A stretch of 64,000 nucleotides of DNA from Phycisphaerales bacterium (lineage in GTDB: Bacteria > Planctomycetota > Phycisphaerae > Phycisphaerales > SM1A02): positions 8,284 through 72,283 of the forward strand of contig JABAAC010000053.1 in the NCBI GenBank assembly GCA_014238965.1. Direction: 5' to 3'. The translations under genes and the position numbers were made by a program. Positions within the stretch are counted from its first letter, which is position 1. Each line of letters starts with the position of its first letter. This document shows, in pieces, positions 46,576 to 55,712 of the stretch. A model generated the notes under the pieces. That model saw only the letters and a list, made by a program, of their open reading frames with translations, did no database searches and had not been told where the DNA came from.

Positions 46576-47627
46576 CAGTTCCAGCTCTGATATCAGCCCC
46601 GAATTCGGATCCATCGGATCAGGCAGCGTTGGATCGCTCAGCAGCTGCATTTCGAGCTGGTCTTTCGGCATTGCGAGAAGAGATTGGGCTGCACATGGTT
46701 GGGCAGTCCCACGTCGTCGCCGCCGTGCTTGGGGCAATGCTTGTTGAGGGGCACGTGCTGCTTGAGGGCCCACCGGGGCTCGGTAAGACTTTGCTAGCCC
46801 GCACCATTGCCGCGGCAACTGGGTTGCAATTCGACCGCGTGCAGTGCACACCCGACTTGATGCCTGCTGACGTTACCGGCACTAGGGTGCTCGTACAAGA
46901 TGGTGAGGGCCATCGACAATTGGTCTTTCGAGCCGGTCCGATCTTTGCACAAATCGTGTTGGTGGATGAGATCAATCGGGCAGTCCCACGCACGCAGTCG
47001 GCAATGCTTGAGGCGATGCAAGAGCGGACAGTCACAGTCGGAACCACCACACACCAGTTGCCACGGCCATTTGTAGTCTTGGCAACACAGAATCCCATAG
47101 GCGATGAGGGTACGTATCGATTGCCCGAGGCGCAGCGGGATCGTTTTCTCGTACAGGTGGACATCGGGCAGCCACCAGCGAAGGAACTACAGACCATGCT
47201 GGATCGAACCACTGGTGTGACTCTGCCGCCACCACGATGCAGATTGGCTCCAGACTTTCTCATGCACGCTGCGATGTTGGTGCGACACGTATTCGTGTCG
47301 GCACACCTTCGTCGTTGGGTTGCAGATTTGATTGTTGCATGCGACCAATATGGCCAGCGACCACTGAAAGGGGTCGCGGATCAACTCGATCTTGCACCTG
47401 GTCCACGGGCCGGCCAGGCATTGCTGGCCATGGCTCGGGTCGGGGCGTTGTCTGAAGGCCGTGCGGCCATTGGTCGCAAGCACATTCGGCAGGTTGCGGC
47501 CGTGTGTTTGAGACATCGCATGCAGGTTTCGCCGGGGGCCACAGCTGCAGGACTCGATACCAACGAACTTGTGCGTCGACTTGTCGATGGTGTTGCGGTG
47601 CCCACGCCCACGGAGGTGGCTCAATGA
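46572..47627 (+). CDS. MoxR-family AAA+ ATPase
   Basis: Walker A LLEGPPGLGKTLLA, Walker B VLVDEINRA, and LATQNPIGDEGTYRLPEAQRDRF. ATGA overlap upstream. Confidence 0.85.
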   Translation: MTVPALISAPNSDPSDQAALDRSAAAFRAGLSALREEIGLHMVGQSHVVAAVLGAMLVEGHVLLEGPPGLGKTLLARTIAAATGLQFDRVQCTPDLMPADVTGTRVLVQDGEGHRQLVFRAGPIFAQIVLVDEINRAVPRTQSAMLEAMQERTVTVGTTTHQLPRPFVVLATQNPIGDEGTYRLPEAQRDRFLVQVDIGQPPAKELQTMLDRTTGVTLPPPRCRLAPDFLMHAAMLVRHVFVSAHLRRWVADLIVACDQYGQRPLKGVADQLDLAPGPRAGQALLAMARVGALSEGRAAIGRKHIRQVAAVCLRHRMQVSPGATAAGLDTNELVRRLVDGVAVPTPTEVAQ

Positions 47628-48553
47628 GCAACTGGGGCCAGGATGCAACTCCACGACCGAGGTCGGTGGATGAGTTACTTGATCCATCGCTGCGAGCAGC
47701 GCTTGCGGGATTGGACATTGAGGCAAGGCGATTGCTTGCGAGTCCGCGGCATGGTGAGCGTCGCAGCACCCGCCGTGGCAGTAGCGTGGAATTCGCCGAT
47801 TTTCGGCCATATGTACCCGGTGATGATCTTCGTCGCGTGGACTGGAATGTGTACGCTCGACTCGACGCGCTCGTTGTGAAGTTATTCCAAGATGAAGAGG
47901 ATTTGCTCGTTGTGTTGGCGGTCGATGACACTGCATCAATGGACTTCGGGGCTCCTTCGAAGCATGTCATGGCACGGAAGGTAGCCCTCGCGGTAGGTAT
48001 CACGGCATTGGCAGCGTCACATCGTGTGCAACTGCACGCCATTGGGTCGACTGCTGCGCCAAGTCCACTGCTTCGGGGGCGCAGTGGCATTGGTGGACTC
48101 GGGCGATGGTTGTTAGACCTCAATGCCGATGGAGGGGGCGACTTGGCCGCGGATCTTCGCGTGCTGGGCGATCGAGTGGCGGGCCGCGCGAAATTGGTGG
48201 TGCTCTCAGATGGACTGCAGCGTGGCGATGCGCTTCCAGCTGCACTTGCGCATGTGGCGGGTCGTGGGCACGATCTACATATGGTGCAGGTGCTGTCACC
48301 CCAGGCATTCTCGCCAATAGCAACTGGCCTCAATGGGGATCGGCAGTTGGTGGATGCAGAGACAGGCCATGGGCCAGCAGTCACTGTGACATCGAGTGTT
48401 GAATCAGCCTATCTCGTGCGGCTGGAAGCGCATATTGAGATGTTGCGTGAGGCTTCCCGCCGGTGCGGTGCGCACCACTTGTTGGTTCGGAGTGATGAGC
48501 CACTGGAAGACGTGTTGCGGCGACGGCTGCGGCAGGGTGGTTTGCTTCGATGA
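47624..48553 (+). CDS. DUF58-family protein (MoxR partner)
   Basis: GSSVEFADFRPYVPGDDLRRVDWNVYARLD signature. Start placed at ATG 47624 (ATGA overlap with the MoxR stop). The track ORF begins upstream at 47504, inside moxR. Confidence 0.8.
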   Translation: MSNWGQDATPRPRSVDELLDPSLRAALAGLDIEARRLLASPRHGERRSTRRGSSVEFADFRPYVPGDDLRRVDWNVYARLDALVVKLFQDEEDLLVVLAVDDTASMDFGAPSKHVMARKVALAVGITALAASHRVQLHAIGSTAAPSPLLRGRSGIGGLGRWLLDLNADGGGDLAADLRVLGDRVAGRAKLVVLSDGLQRGDALPAALAHVAGRGHDLHMVQVLSPQAFSPIATGLNGDRQLVDAETGHGPAVTVTSSVESAYLVRLEAHIEMLREASRRCGAHHLLVRSDEPLEDVLRRRLRQGGLLR

Positions 48554-50457
48554 TGCTCGGTGCACCCTGGCTGGCATTGATCCTGCTGTGCACGTTGGTG
48601 CCGTTGTTGCTGCTGCTTTGGATTTTGCGTCTACGGCGCGCTCGAGTTCGAGTACCAGCAGCATGGTTGTGGGTCGAGGCAACAGATGACTTGCGAGCAG
48701 AGATTCCGTTCAAACGACTTCGTTGGTCCGTGTTGCTGCTTCTGCAGTGCATCGCTTTGGCGCTTTTGATTCTTGCAGCAGCGCGGCCGAGGGTGACGAC
48801 CAATGATGGCCGCGGGGGACGAACCGTGTTGCTCATCGATGTCTCGGCATCCATGCATACGCGTGATGATCCTGGTGGCGATCGGCGCTTTGAACAAGCA
48901 ATCGATGCGGCAAGGGCTGCGGTTGATCGATTGCATCCGGGTGGACTGCTCGATGCGGCCAATGGTCGAACGATGATCATTGCAGTTGGAGCAACCCCTC
49001 GTGTTGTGCAACCATTCACTGCGTCACGGCAAGTACTGCTGCAGGCATTGCAGACAGTAGAACCTGTCGATGAGCCCGGAAATCTTGCTGAAGCATTGCG
49101 ATTGGCTCAAGCGTGGGCAGCCGTGCCCGATCCAGATGCAGTTGAGACTGTTGAAACGTCCGGCGACCTTCAGCTGGAACTCTTTAGCGATGGCGGACTG
49201 GGCGACCTTGATGCGGCGCTTGACACGTTGCAACAGAATCTTGTGTTGCACCATGTTGGCAAACGTGACACATCGAACAGTGCCATTGTGTTGGTTGGGG
49301 CGGAACGCCGGAGCGATGACCCCACTGAACTGCATCCATTTGTCTCCCTGATGCACTTTGGCGATCAGGAGGCAACGGTGGATGTTCGGTTGGCGATCGA
49401 TGGTTTACCTGTGGCGGTGCGACGCGTTGCATTGCCAGCAGGGAGTGAATCGGATGGGACTTTGGAACCTGGGCGAGTCGATGTGCTGTTCCCTCCTGTG
49501 CAGTGCAGTGACGAGGCCATTGTGCAGGCGCAGTTGGTTCCCGGCGATGGCATGTCTCGCGACGATGTGGCGTGGTCGATCGTGCCATCGGCCTTTGGCG
49601 GTCGCGTGCACATTGCCGGATCACTGTCATCCGTGGCGCTACGGGCAATCGAAGCAATTGGGTTGCAGGCGGTAGATGCCCAAGCGGATTTGCTTGTGGG
49701 TTCGTTCGATGCGCCAGCATCGTTGCCGCGGTTGCCATCATTGACGTTTGGTGTTCCAGGTACATCAACCATGGTCCAGAGCGTTGGCGCTCATGGATCG
49801 GATCGCGTGATTGATGTGGATGGGCGACATCCTGTCATGCGAGGCAGTGGTCTTTCTGGACTTCGCATCGATAAGACAGTGGAGCTGGTCATTGAACCGG
49901 GAGTTCGAGTGCTTGCCCATGGCACGCAGGGGCCGTTGATTGTGGCGTGGCGGGAGGCTGGCGTGCCTCGAGTTCACGTGGCCTTTCGGCCTAACGACAG
50001 CGCCTGGCCCTATCGGGAAGACTTCATCACGTTTCTCGTTGACGCAGAAGCATGGCTTTCGGGACGCAGCGACGAGCGAACGCGTGTACTCGCTGGCGAC
50101 ACAATCATGGCTCAACTGCCCTCCGATGTTGAAACTGTTTCCATCATGTTTGGCGGTAAATCATTGGCAACCTTGTCTCCGCCTGATCCATCACGCACCG
50201 TGTGGGGTCCAGCAAAGCATGCGGGCATCTATACCATGCAGTGGTCATCTCCACGTGGTTCTGGCGAGCATCGTGTTGCTGTTGGGATGCCGGTGTTGGC
50301 TGAAGGCAATGTGCGTGTTGCCTCGCCGGCTCGAGATGCAGCGTTGGTTCAGGTGCAGCGAGCTAATCGACGAAGTATGCCGCTGTGGCCATTCGCGGTG
50401 ATCGCCGCATTGCTTACCTTGCTCGTAGAGTGGTGGGTGTGGACGCGGCGGCAATAG
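48550..50457 (+). CDS. BatA-like protein: aerotolerance-regulator N-terminal double-TM domain, VWA domain and C-terminal TM
   Basis: MMLGAPWLALILLCTLVPLLLLLWILRLRR, VLLIDVSASMHTRD MIDAS block, C-terminal LWPFAVIAALLTLLVEWWVW. ATGA overlap upstream. Confidence 0.7.
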   Translation: MMLGAPWLALILLCTLVPLLLLLWILRLRRARVRVPAAWLWVEATDDLRAEIPFKRLRWSVLLLLQCIALALLILAAARPRVTTNDGRGGRTVLLIDVSASMHTRDDPGGDRRFEQAIDAARAAVDRLHPGGLLDAANGRTMIIAVGATPRVVQPFTASRQVLLQALQTVEPVDEPGNLAEALRLAQAWAAVPDPDAVETVETSGDLQLELFSDGGLGDLDAALDTLQQNLVLHHVGKRDTSNSAIVLVGAERRSDDPTELHPFVSLMHFGDQEATVDVRLAIDGLPVAVRRVALPAGSESDGTLEPGRVDVLFPPVQCSDEAIVQAQLVPGDGMSRDDVAWSIVPSAFGGRVHIAGSLSSVALRAIEAIGLQAVDAQADLLVGSFDAPASLPRLPSLTFGVPGTSTMVQSVGAHGSDRVIDVDGRHPVMRGSGLSGLRIDKTVELVIEPGVRVLAHGTQGPLIVAWREAGVPRVHVAFRPNDSAWPYREDFITFLVDAEAWLSGRSDERTRVLAGDTIMAQLPSDVETVSIMFGGKSLATLSPPDPSRTVWGPAKHAGIYTMQWSSPRGSGEHRVAVGMPVLAEGNVRVASPARDAALVQVQRANRRSMPLWPFAVIAALLTLLVEWWVWTRRQ

Positions 50458-50469
50458 CGCCGTGCTAGT

Positions 50470-51072
50470 TCACACGGTCATGCCAAGAAACTCTTGCATG
50501 TGTTCGTCGTAGGTGGCGCTGTCTTCATCGCGTGACAAGTCCAGCCGCAACTCATTGATCACTTTCGTGCCTTGGTCGATCCAATCTTGCCACGTTTCTT
50601 GGCTGATGTTTGCGGCGATCCATTCGCCCTGGGGACCCTTGAACGGTGGTCCGTCAAGTTTTGTGCCCGCGCGGCCCGTTCGTTGACACACAAAATCGCC
50701 GCCTTGGGAAGATGCCCCGCTTGCTACTGCGGTCTGTTCTACTACGGGGCACTCGCGACCGAGGGCCTTGAGCGATTCGCCCATGGCCTCCTGGGGCATG
50801 CGATCACCCCGAGCGGCTGCCAGTGTGTAGCCTTCTTGGAGCACAGCGACGGCCTTGTCGCTCCAGCCAGCCATCACCATGGCTTCGCCACAGAGTTGCC
50901 AGGCCTTGCTCATGTCACGATTCAGTTCGATGCAGCGTTCGAATGAATGTGCTGCTTCAGCCCCTCGGCCAGCTTGCAAATAGGCCGAACCAAGGCTGAA
51001 GTGGGCCATTTCGTTGTCCGGGTCGGCCGAAGCCATATGTTCAAAGCGTTCAATGCGTTCATCAGTTGACAT
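50470..51072 (-). CDS. TPR-repeat / YggX-like (Fe2+-trafficking, oxidative-damage protection) fusion protein
   Basis: N-terminal TPR-like helices (HFSLGSAYLQAGRGAEAAHSFERCIELN). The C-terminal 75 aa, CQRTGRAGTKLDGPPFKGPQGEWIAANISQETWQDWIDQGTKVINELRL ... MQEFL, parallel the E. coli YggX pattern. Confidence 0.6.
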   Translation of the reverse strand: MSTDERIERFEHMASADPDNEMAHFSLGSAYLQAGRGAEAAHSFERCIELNRDMSKAWQLCGEAMVMAGWSDKAVAVLQEGYTLAAARGDRMPQEAMGESLKALGRECPVVEQTAVASGASSQGGDFVCQRTGRAGTKLDGPPFKGPQGEWIAANISQETWQDWIDQGTKVINELRLDLSRDEDSATYDEHMQEFLGMTV

Positions 51073-51098
51073 CGAACCATGATATCCGCTGTCGTATC

Positions 51099-52013
51099 AT
51101 GTTGACCATGCTTGGCCCTTTGCAGTTGCATAAACCCATCGTTGCCGCGGCCGGAACCGCTGGAACCGGCTGGGAGCTTGGTGAGGTGCTTGATCTTCAG
51201 CACCTCGGTGGCGTAACGACCAAATCGATCACTCGGGAACCGCGTTTGGGCAACCCACCTATGCGTGTTGCGGAACTGCCCACTGGCATGGTCAACGCCA
51301 TTGGCCTTGCCAACCCCGGGATAGCAGTCTTTCTCAAAGAGCACCGACCGAAATTGGACGTACTTGGATGCAAAGTGATTGGATCTGTCGCAGGCGCGGA
51401 CATCGATGACTATGTCTTCGTTGCCGAGGCACTGGCGGCAAGTGGGCTCGACGCGGTGGAGTGCAATGTGTCGTGCCCTAATACGGCTGACGGAAGGCTG
51501 TTTTCAGATGATCCGACTCGGCTGCGTGATCTCGTTGCCGCTGTGCGGGCCGCAATTGGCACAACACCATTGCTTGTCAAATTACCGTTGGACTTTCAGC
51601 GCATCTCTTGCGCGGCCCAGTCAGCCATCGATGGTGGGGCGGACATCTTGACACTGACAAATACCGTGCCCGGGCTTGCTATTGACCCTGACACACGCAA
51701 GCCTGTACTGGGCAACGGCGCCGGTGGTGTCAGCGGCCCTGGCATTCACCCTCTCGTGGTGCGGATGGTGCACGATGTGTACATCCATGTGGCCAAACCA
51801 GCGGGCATTCCAATTCTCGGGCTTGGTGGCATCATGCAGTGGCGTGATGCTGCAGCCATGATGCTTGCTGGGGCTTCAGCAGTAGGGGTGGGCACGGCAC
51901 TCTTTGCCGATCCGCGTCGCGTGATCAAGATCAACAAGGGACTGGAGCGGTGGGTGCTCAGCCAAGGTGTGGAGTCCGTGCAGGAGCTTGTCGGGGCAGC
52001 ACTGATGGACTAA
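51099..52013 (+). CDS. pyrD: dihydroorotate dehydrogenase, class 1
   Basis: NAIGLANPG, ECNVSCPNT (active-site Cys), NTVPGL, GGVSGPGIHP and GLGGI blocks. ATG 51099 is preferred over the track TTG 51066. Confidence 0.8.
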   Translation: MLTMLGPLQLHKPIVAAAGTAGTGWELGEVLDLQHLGGVTTKSITREPRLGNPPMRVAELPTGMVNAIGLANPGIAVFLKEHRPKLDVLGCKVIGSVAGADIDDYVFVAEALAASGLDAVECNVSCPNTADGRLFSDDPTRLRDLVAAVRAAIGTTPLLVKLPLDFQRISCAAQSAIDGGADILTLTNTVPGLAIDPDTRKPVLGNGAGGVSGPGIHPLVVRMVHDVYIHVAKPAGIPILGLGGIMQWRDAAAMMLAGASAVGVGTALFADPRRVIKINKGLERWVLSQGVESVQELVGAALMD

Positions 52014-52020
52014 CGGGGCA

Positions 52021-53334
52021 TCAGCAGGCTGCGAGATATCCCTGGATGAACTCCACAAACCGTTCGCCACGTGCACGAAAGTCTGTGAATTGGTCCCACG
52101 ATGCGCATGCGGGGCTCAAGAGCAACACGCCATCGTCACCGAGGTTGTCCATGGCCTTGCCAACGGCGACTTCTAGTGTTCCACAGTCAACGACACGGCC
52201 GCCTCCCTCGCGAGCCATACGGGCGAGTTCCGGCCCCGTCGCACCGATGCAATACAGCCCTGCTAGTGACGGCGCAACCTCTGCAATGGTGTTCAACGAG
52301 ACGCCTTTGTCATAGCCACCGACAATCAAGTGAATGTGATTGAGACGATCACCAAACGAACTGAGGGCGAGCAAGGTGGCTTCGGGCGTTGATGACTTGG
52401 CATCGTTCCAGATCCGCGGCGAGCCATCGGTATCCAAGCCATCGACTGGCTGGAGCCTGTGTTCCAGCCCACCAAAAGTCATTAAGGTTGCAGCGAGATC
52501 ACCGAAGGGCTTACCCGTCGCTGTAACGGCGCCCGCTACGGCAAGGCGAGCGTTCGCCTGATTGTGCGCACCGGGCAATCGCAGTTCAATGGTGCCTGCA
52601 TCGTTACATGAGGCACTATCAATGCGCACGTCGCCTTCTTGCTGGAACTGGTGAATGACGGCTTTGGCTGCTCGGTAGGCTGCTTCATCACCATGCCAGT
52701 CAATGTGGTTGGCCGCAATGTTGGTTGTTAGGGCGATGTGTGGAGACCACCCAGGCCAATCGTCAACGTCATCACCAAGCCAATGTAATTGGGCGCTTGA
52801 GACCTCTAGGACAATCCACGTTTGGGGTGTCAACGTATGGAGGTCAGGCAAGAGGCTCCCCCCGATGTTGCCACCGAGGCGTGCATCGAGCCCCATCGCA
52901 CAAAGCACATGGTGCAGCATTGAAGCCGTGGTGGATTTGCCCACGGTGCCCGTGACACCAATGATGCGCTCTCGTTGGGGCAGTCGCTCTAGCAGTAGCC
53001 GCATGGCCGTCGTGCATGGGACAGCACTGTCCCGGGCGGCTTTGAGAAACGAATTCGACCAAGGCTGCGCCACTGCGGGGTTTACAACCACCAGATCCGT
53101 GTTTGTGAAGTCACGCACGTCATGGGGGCCCGCATGTACCAAGGGTCGCCGGTGGGCAGCTGCTTCAATGCGATCTAGTGCGGGCTGGAGCGTTGCCTCA
53201 TCGGCGAGATCCGCCACGAGTACGTGGGCACCTTCGCTCAGGAGCCATTGCACAAGGCCTTCGCCTCCACCAAAGCGGCCTAGGCCCATGACTGTAATGC
53301 GCTGATCTGCGAGGCTCGTTGGCATGGACGTCAT
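52021..53334 (-). CDS. murD: UDP-N-acetylmuramoyl-L-alanine--D-glutamate ligase
   Basis: VMGLGRFGGG N-terminal Rossmann motif, GVTGTVGKSTTASML P-loop, Mur-ligase C-terminal LLLSPACASWDQF. Confidence 0.8.
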   Translation of the reverse strand: MTSMPTSLADQRITVMGLGRFGGGEGLVQWLLSEGAHVLVADLADEATLQPALDRIEAAAHRRPLVHAGPHDVRDFTNTDLVVVNPAVAQPWSNSFLKAARDSAVPCTTAMRLLLERLPQRERIIGVTGTVGKSTTASMLHHVLCAMGLDARLGGNIGGSLLPDLHTLTPQTWIVLEVSSAQLHWLGDDVDDWPGWSPHIALTTNIAANHIDWHGDEAAYRAAKAVIHQFQQEGDVRIDSASCNDAGTIELRLPGAHNQANARLAVAGAVTATGKPFGDLAATLMTFGGLEHRLQPVDGLDTDGSPRIWNDAKSSTPEATLLALSSFGDRLNHIHLIVGGYDKGVSLNTIAEVAPSLAGLYCIGATGPELARMAREGGGRVVDCGTLEVAVGKAMDNLGDDGVLLLSPACASWDQFTDFRARGERFVEFIQGYLAAC

Positions 53335-53392
53335 GGTAGACGAGCCGCTTCATTGTCCTTGATCCCGGGCAACAGGTAGGATTCACGTACGT

Positions 53393-54109
53393 ATGTCAAA
53401 TCGCCAACTGCATACTGCCGTGCAACTACCTCGGGTCGCGCCGCTTGCGATCGTGGCCTTGCTTCTGGCAGTGATCCCACTTTGCCCACCTCTGAACGTG
53501 CTAAGCGTGCTGCTTGGAATGATTGCGCTGCGGCAGATGGCTCGGGCTCGGATTGCCGGGAGGCACCTGCGTGGTCGCGGGGCAGCGATTGCCGCGATTC
53601 TGCTTGGGCTGATCGTCGGTGCGGGGAGTTGGTGGGCATGGGGCGACACGGCACGGTGGTTGGATGGCAACATCCGGGCCGAGGTAGTCCATGTCTCCGA
53701 CGTGTTCTTCAACGAGATTGGCAAGGAGGAGGCTGCATCGTCGACGTCACTGATGGCGCTGTGGGCTGCGGGTACTGCACCAGATCCAGAAGCGATAGCA
53801 ACATTTGGGACCGCACTGCACGCTGCTGGGCCTGTCACTGGCGTGCAAGTAGAACCGCCAAAGCCTGTTCAAGGGCTTTCCAGCGACATGCAAGCATGGG
53901 TGTTGCTTGAAACGCCCTCTGGCACGCTCAACGGTGGTGTTGTGATGTCTGTGGAGTTCATCGGGAGCGGCCTTCCGTCGCTGGTCGTTCGATTGAAGTC
54001 AGTCCGTGTCCACTTGCCTGAAGGCGATATTGCACTGCCAGTGGATACTGCTGCAATCGATGATGCAGTGGACCTACGTAACGACGATGAATACAAGGGG
54101 GATTCATGA
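53393..54109 (+). CDS. hypothetical membrane protein (DUF4190-like N-terminal TM pair plus soluble domain)
   Basis: Two hydrophobic segments separated by an Arg-rich loop (LGMIALRQMARARIAGRHLRGRGAAIAAILLG). Same architecture as the next gene. Confidence 0.5.
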   Translation: MSNRQLHTAVQLPRVAPLAIVALLLAVIPLCPPLNVLSVLLGMIALRQMARARIAGRHLRGRGAAIAAILLGLIVGAGSWWAWGDTARWLDGNIRAEVVHVSDVFFNEIGKEEAASSTSLMALWAAGTAPDPEAIATFGTALHAAGPVTGVQVEPPKPVQGLSSDMQAWVLLETPSGTLNGGVVMSVEFIGSGLPSLVVRLKSVRVHLPEGDIALPVDTAAIDDAVDLRNDDEYKGDS

Positions 54110-54756
54110 GTGCCTCTGGGCCCGCGCCGACGAAGGGCAGATGGAGCCCTTGGACATTGCTCTCGCTTGCCTTGAGCGTAGGGCTGTGTCCACTTATCAC
54201 CATCTGTGCGATTCCTGTGGCCCTTATTGGCCTTCGAGATGTACGCCTATCCGGTCGCCGTGGCCGCGCAGTGGCGATTGCAGCGTTGTGGATCGCATGC
54301 ATCCTGACCCCCGTGACCACAGTGTTCGCCATCTGGTGGAATGCCAATGTGAGGGTCAAACTGATCGATGGGCCCATTGAGGCGCTCAGAGCGGGACAGA
54401 ATGGTGACATTAAAGCGTTCATGGAGGGCCTTGGCGGGGCTCAGGCCGCCGGTGATGCCAAGGCTGCAGGGGCGTTTCTCGATGCCGTGACGAGCCGGTG
54501 GGGGGCCGTGGTGTCCATGCGGCAGTCTGAGTCTGCTTCTGAAGTTGAGGCACCCAGTGGCGCCTGGTGGGTAGGCTACGACGTCATGTTTGAACACGGC
54601 GCAACACCTGGTCGAGCTTTCTATGTGGGGCAGGCACCCGGAGGGGAGTTTGTCCTGGGATTCCAAGCCCTAGTGCTTGGCGATGCTTCAGTGCAACTTC
54701 GATGGCCTCCCAAGGGCAACGCCTCTGGGACTGAAGCGGAGTCCATTGCCAAGTGA
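54106..54756 (+). CDS. hypothetical membrane protein, paralogue-like of 53393-54109
   Basis: The N-terminal pattern is repeated (ALIGLRDVRLSGRRGRAVAIAALW). ATGA overlap upstream and GTGA overlap downstream. Confidence 0.5.
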   Translation: MSASGPAPTKGRWSPWTLLSLALSVGLCPLITICAIPVALIGLRDVRLSGRRGRAVAIAALWIACILTPVTTVFAIWWNANVRVKLIDGPIEALRAGQNGDIKAFMEGLGGAQAAGDAKAAGAFLDAVTSRWGAVVSMRQSESASEVEAPSGAWWVGYDVMFEHGATPGRAFYVGQAPGGEFVLGFQALVLGDASVQLRWPPKGNASGTEAESIAK

Positions 54757-55712
54757 AGTCCAGCGACGTTGTCATCGAGATTACCGATCTGGTGAAGCGC
54801 TTTGGCGACCAGACGGTGCTTGATGGTGTCAACATGGAAGTGCACCAGGGGGAAGTAGTCGTGGTCATGGGCGGCTCGGGATGCGGGAAGTCCACGCTGC
54901 TGCGCCATATGGTTGGATCGCTGCAGCCCAACGCTGGCAGCGTTCATATTCTTGGCCAAGACCTTTCGCTGCTCGACGAGTCGCAGTTGAATGAAGTTCG
55001 CAAGCAATTTGGCATTCTGTTTCAGTCTGGAGCACTGTTCAACTCGATGAGCGTTGCAGACAACGTGGCACTTATTCTTGAAGAACACACCAGCCTTGAT
55101 GGGTCAATTATCGAGATGATGGTCAAGATCAAGTTGGAACTGGTTGGGCTACGTGAAGCGGCCGACAAATTCCCATCACAAATCAGTGGTGGTATGAAAA
55201 AACGAGCGGGTTTGGCTCGGGCGCTTGCGCTCGATCCAAAGATCTTGTTTTACGACGAGCCCAGCGCAGGTCTTGACCCAGTGACGTCAGCATCGATTGA
55301 TCGATTGATGATTGACTTGACGCAGAAACTGGGCGTTGCGAGTGTTGTGGTGACGCACGAAATGGATTCCGCATTTACCATCGCGGATCGAATGGTGATG
55401 TTGCATCAGGGTCGTGTGTTGATGAACGACACACGCCAAGCGTTTGAGAAGCTTCGCGATCATCCTCTCGAAAGGCTTGATGAATTAGATGAATCAAAGC
55501 GACTGATTCGTCAGTTTCTGCGAGGCGATGCCGAGGGACCAATGACCGAATCCAACGCTGTAGAAGGCGCGTACGCCGCCGACCTTCTTGGCGTTGACAA
55601 CAGCAAATTGACCGGCGGACGATCAATTCAGACGACGCGGGTCGTCCGGAACATGGATCGTCCAGGATTGATACGTCGTCTGTTCGGGCGGCGGGGAGCG
55701 AAACACTCATGA
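54753..55712 (+). CDS. ABC transporter ATP-binding protein (MlaF-like)
   Basis: Walker A GGSGCGKSTLL, signature SGGMKKRAGLARAL, Walker B ILFYDEPSAGLD. Confidence 0.8.
   Translation: MKSSDVVIEITDLVKRFGDQTVLDGVNMEVHQGEVVVVMGGSGCGKSTLLRHMVGSLQPNAGSVHILGQDLSLLDESQLNEVRKQFGILFQSGALFNSMSVADNVALILEEHTSLDGSIIEMMVKIKLELVGLREAADKFPSQISGGMKKRAGLARALALDPKILFYDEPSAGLDPVTSASIDRLMIDLTQKLGVASVVVTHEMDSAFTIADRMVMLHQGRVLMNDTRQAFEKLRDHPLERLDELDESKRLIRQFLRGDAEGPMTESNAVEGAYAADLLGVDNSKLTGGRSIQTTRVVRNMDRPGLIRRLFGRRGAKHS

Noticed and set aside
47260-48384. Long antisense or alternative-frame ORFs: 374 aa here, and similar ones at 46619-47263, 48381-49019, 42730-43434, 42067-42672, 58025-58765, 33163-33714, 27595-28170, 12632-13159, 3775-4287, 6894-7538, 16127-16633 and 56849-57457.
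   Set aside because: Their translations are Arg/Ala/Ser/Pro/Cys-rich and low in complexity with no family motifs. Each lies opposite or out of frame to a gene with clear conserved signatures. They are typical shadow ORFs of GC-rich DNA.
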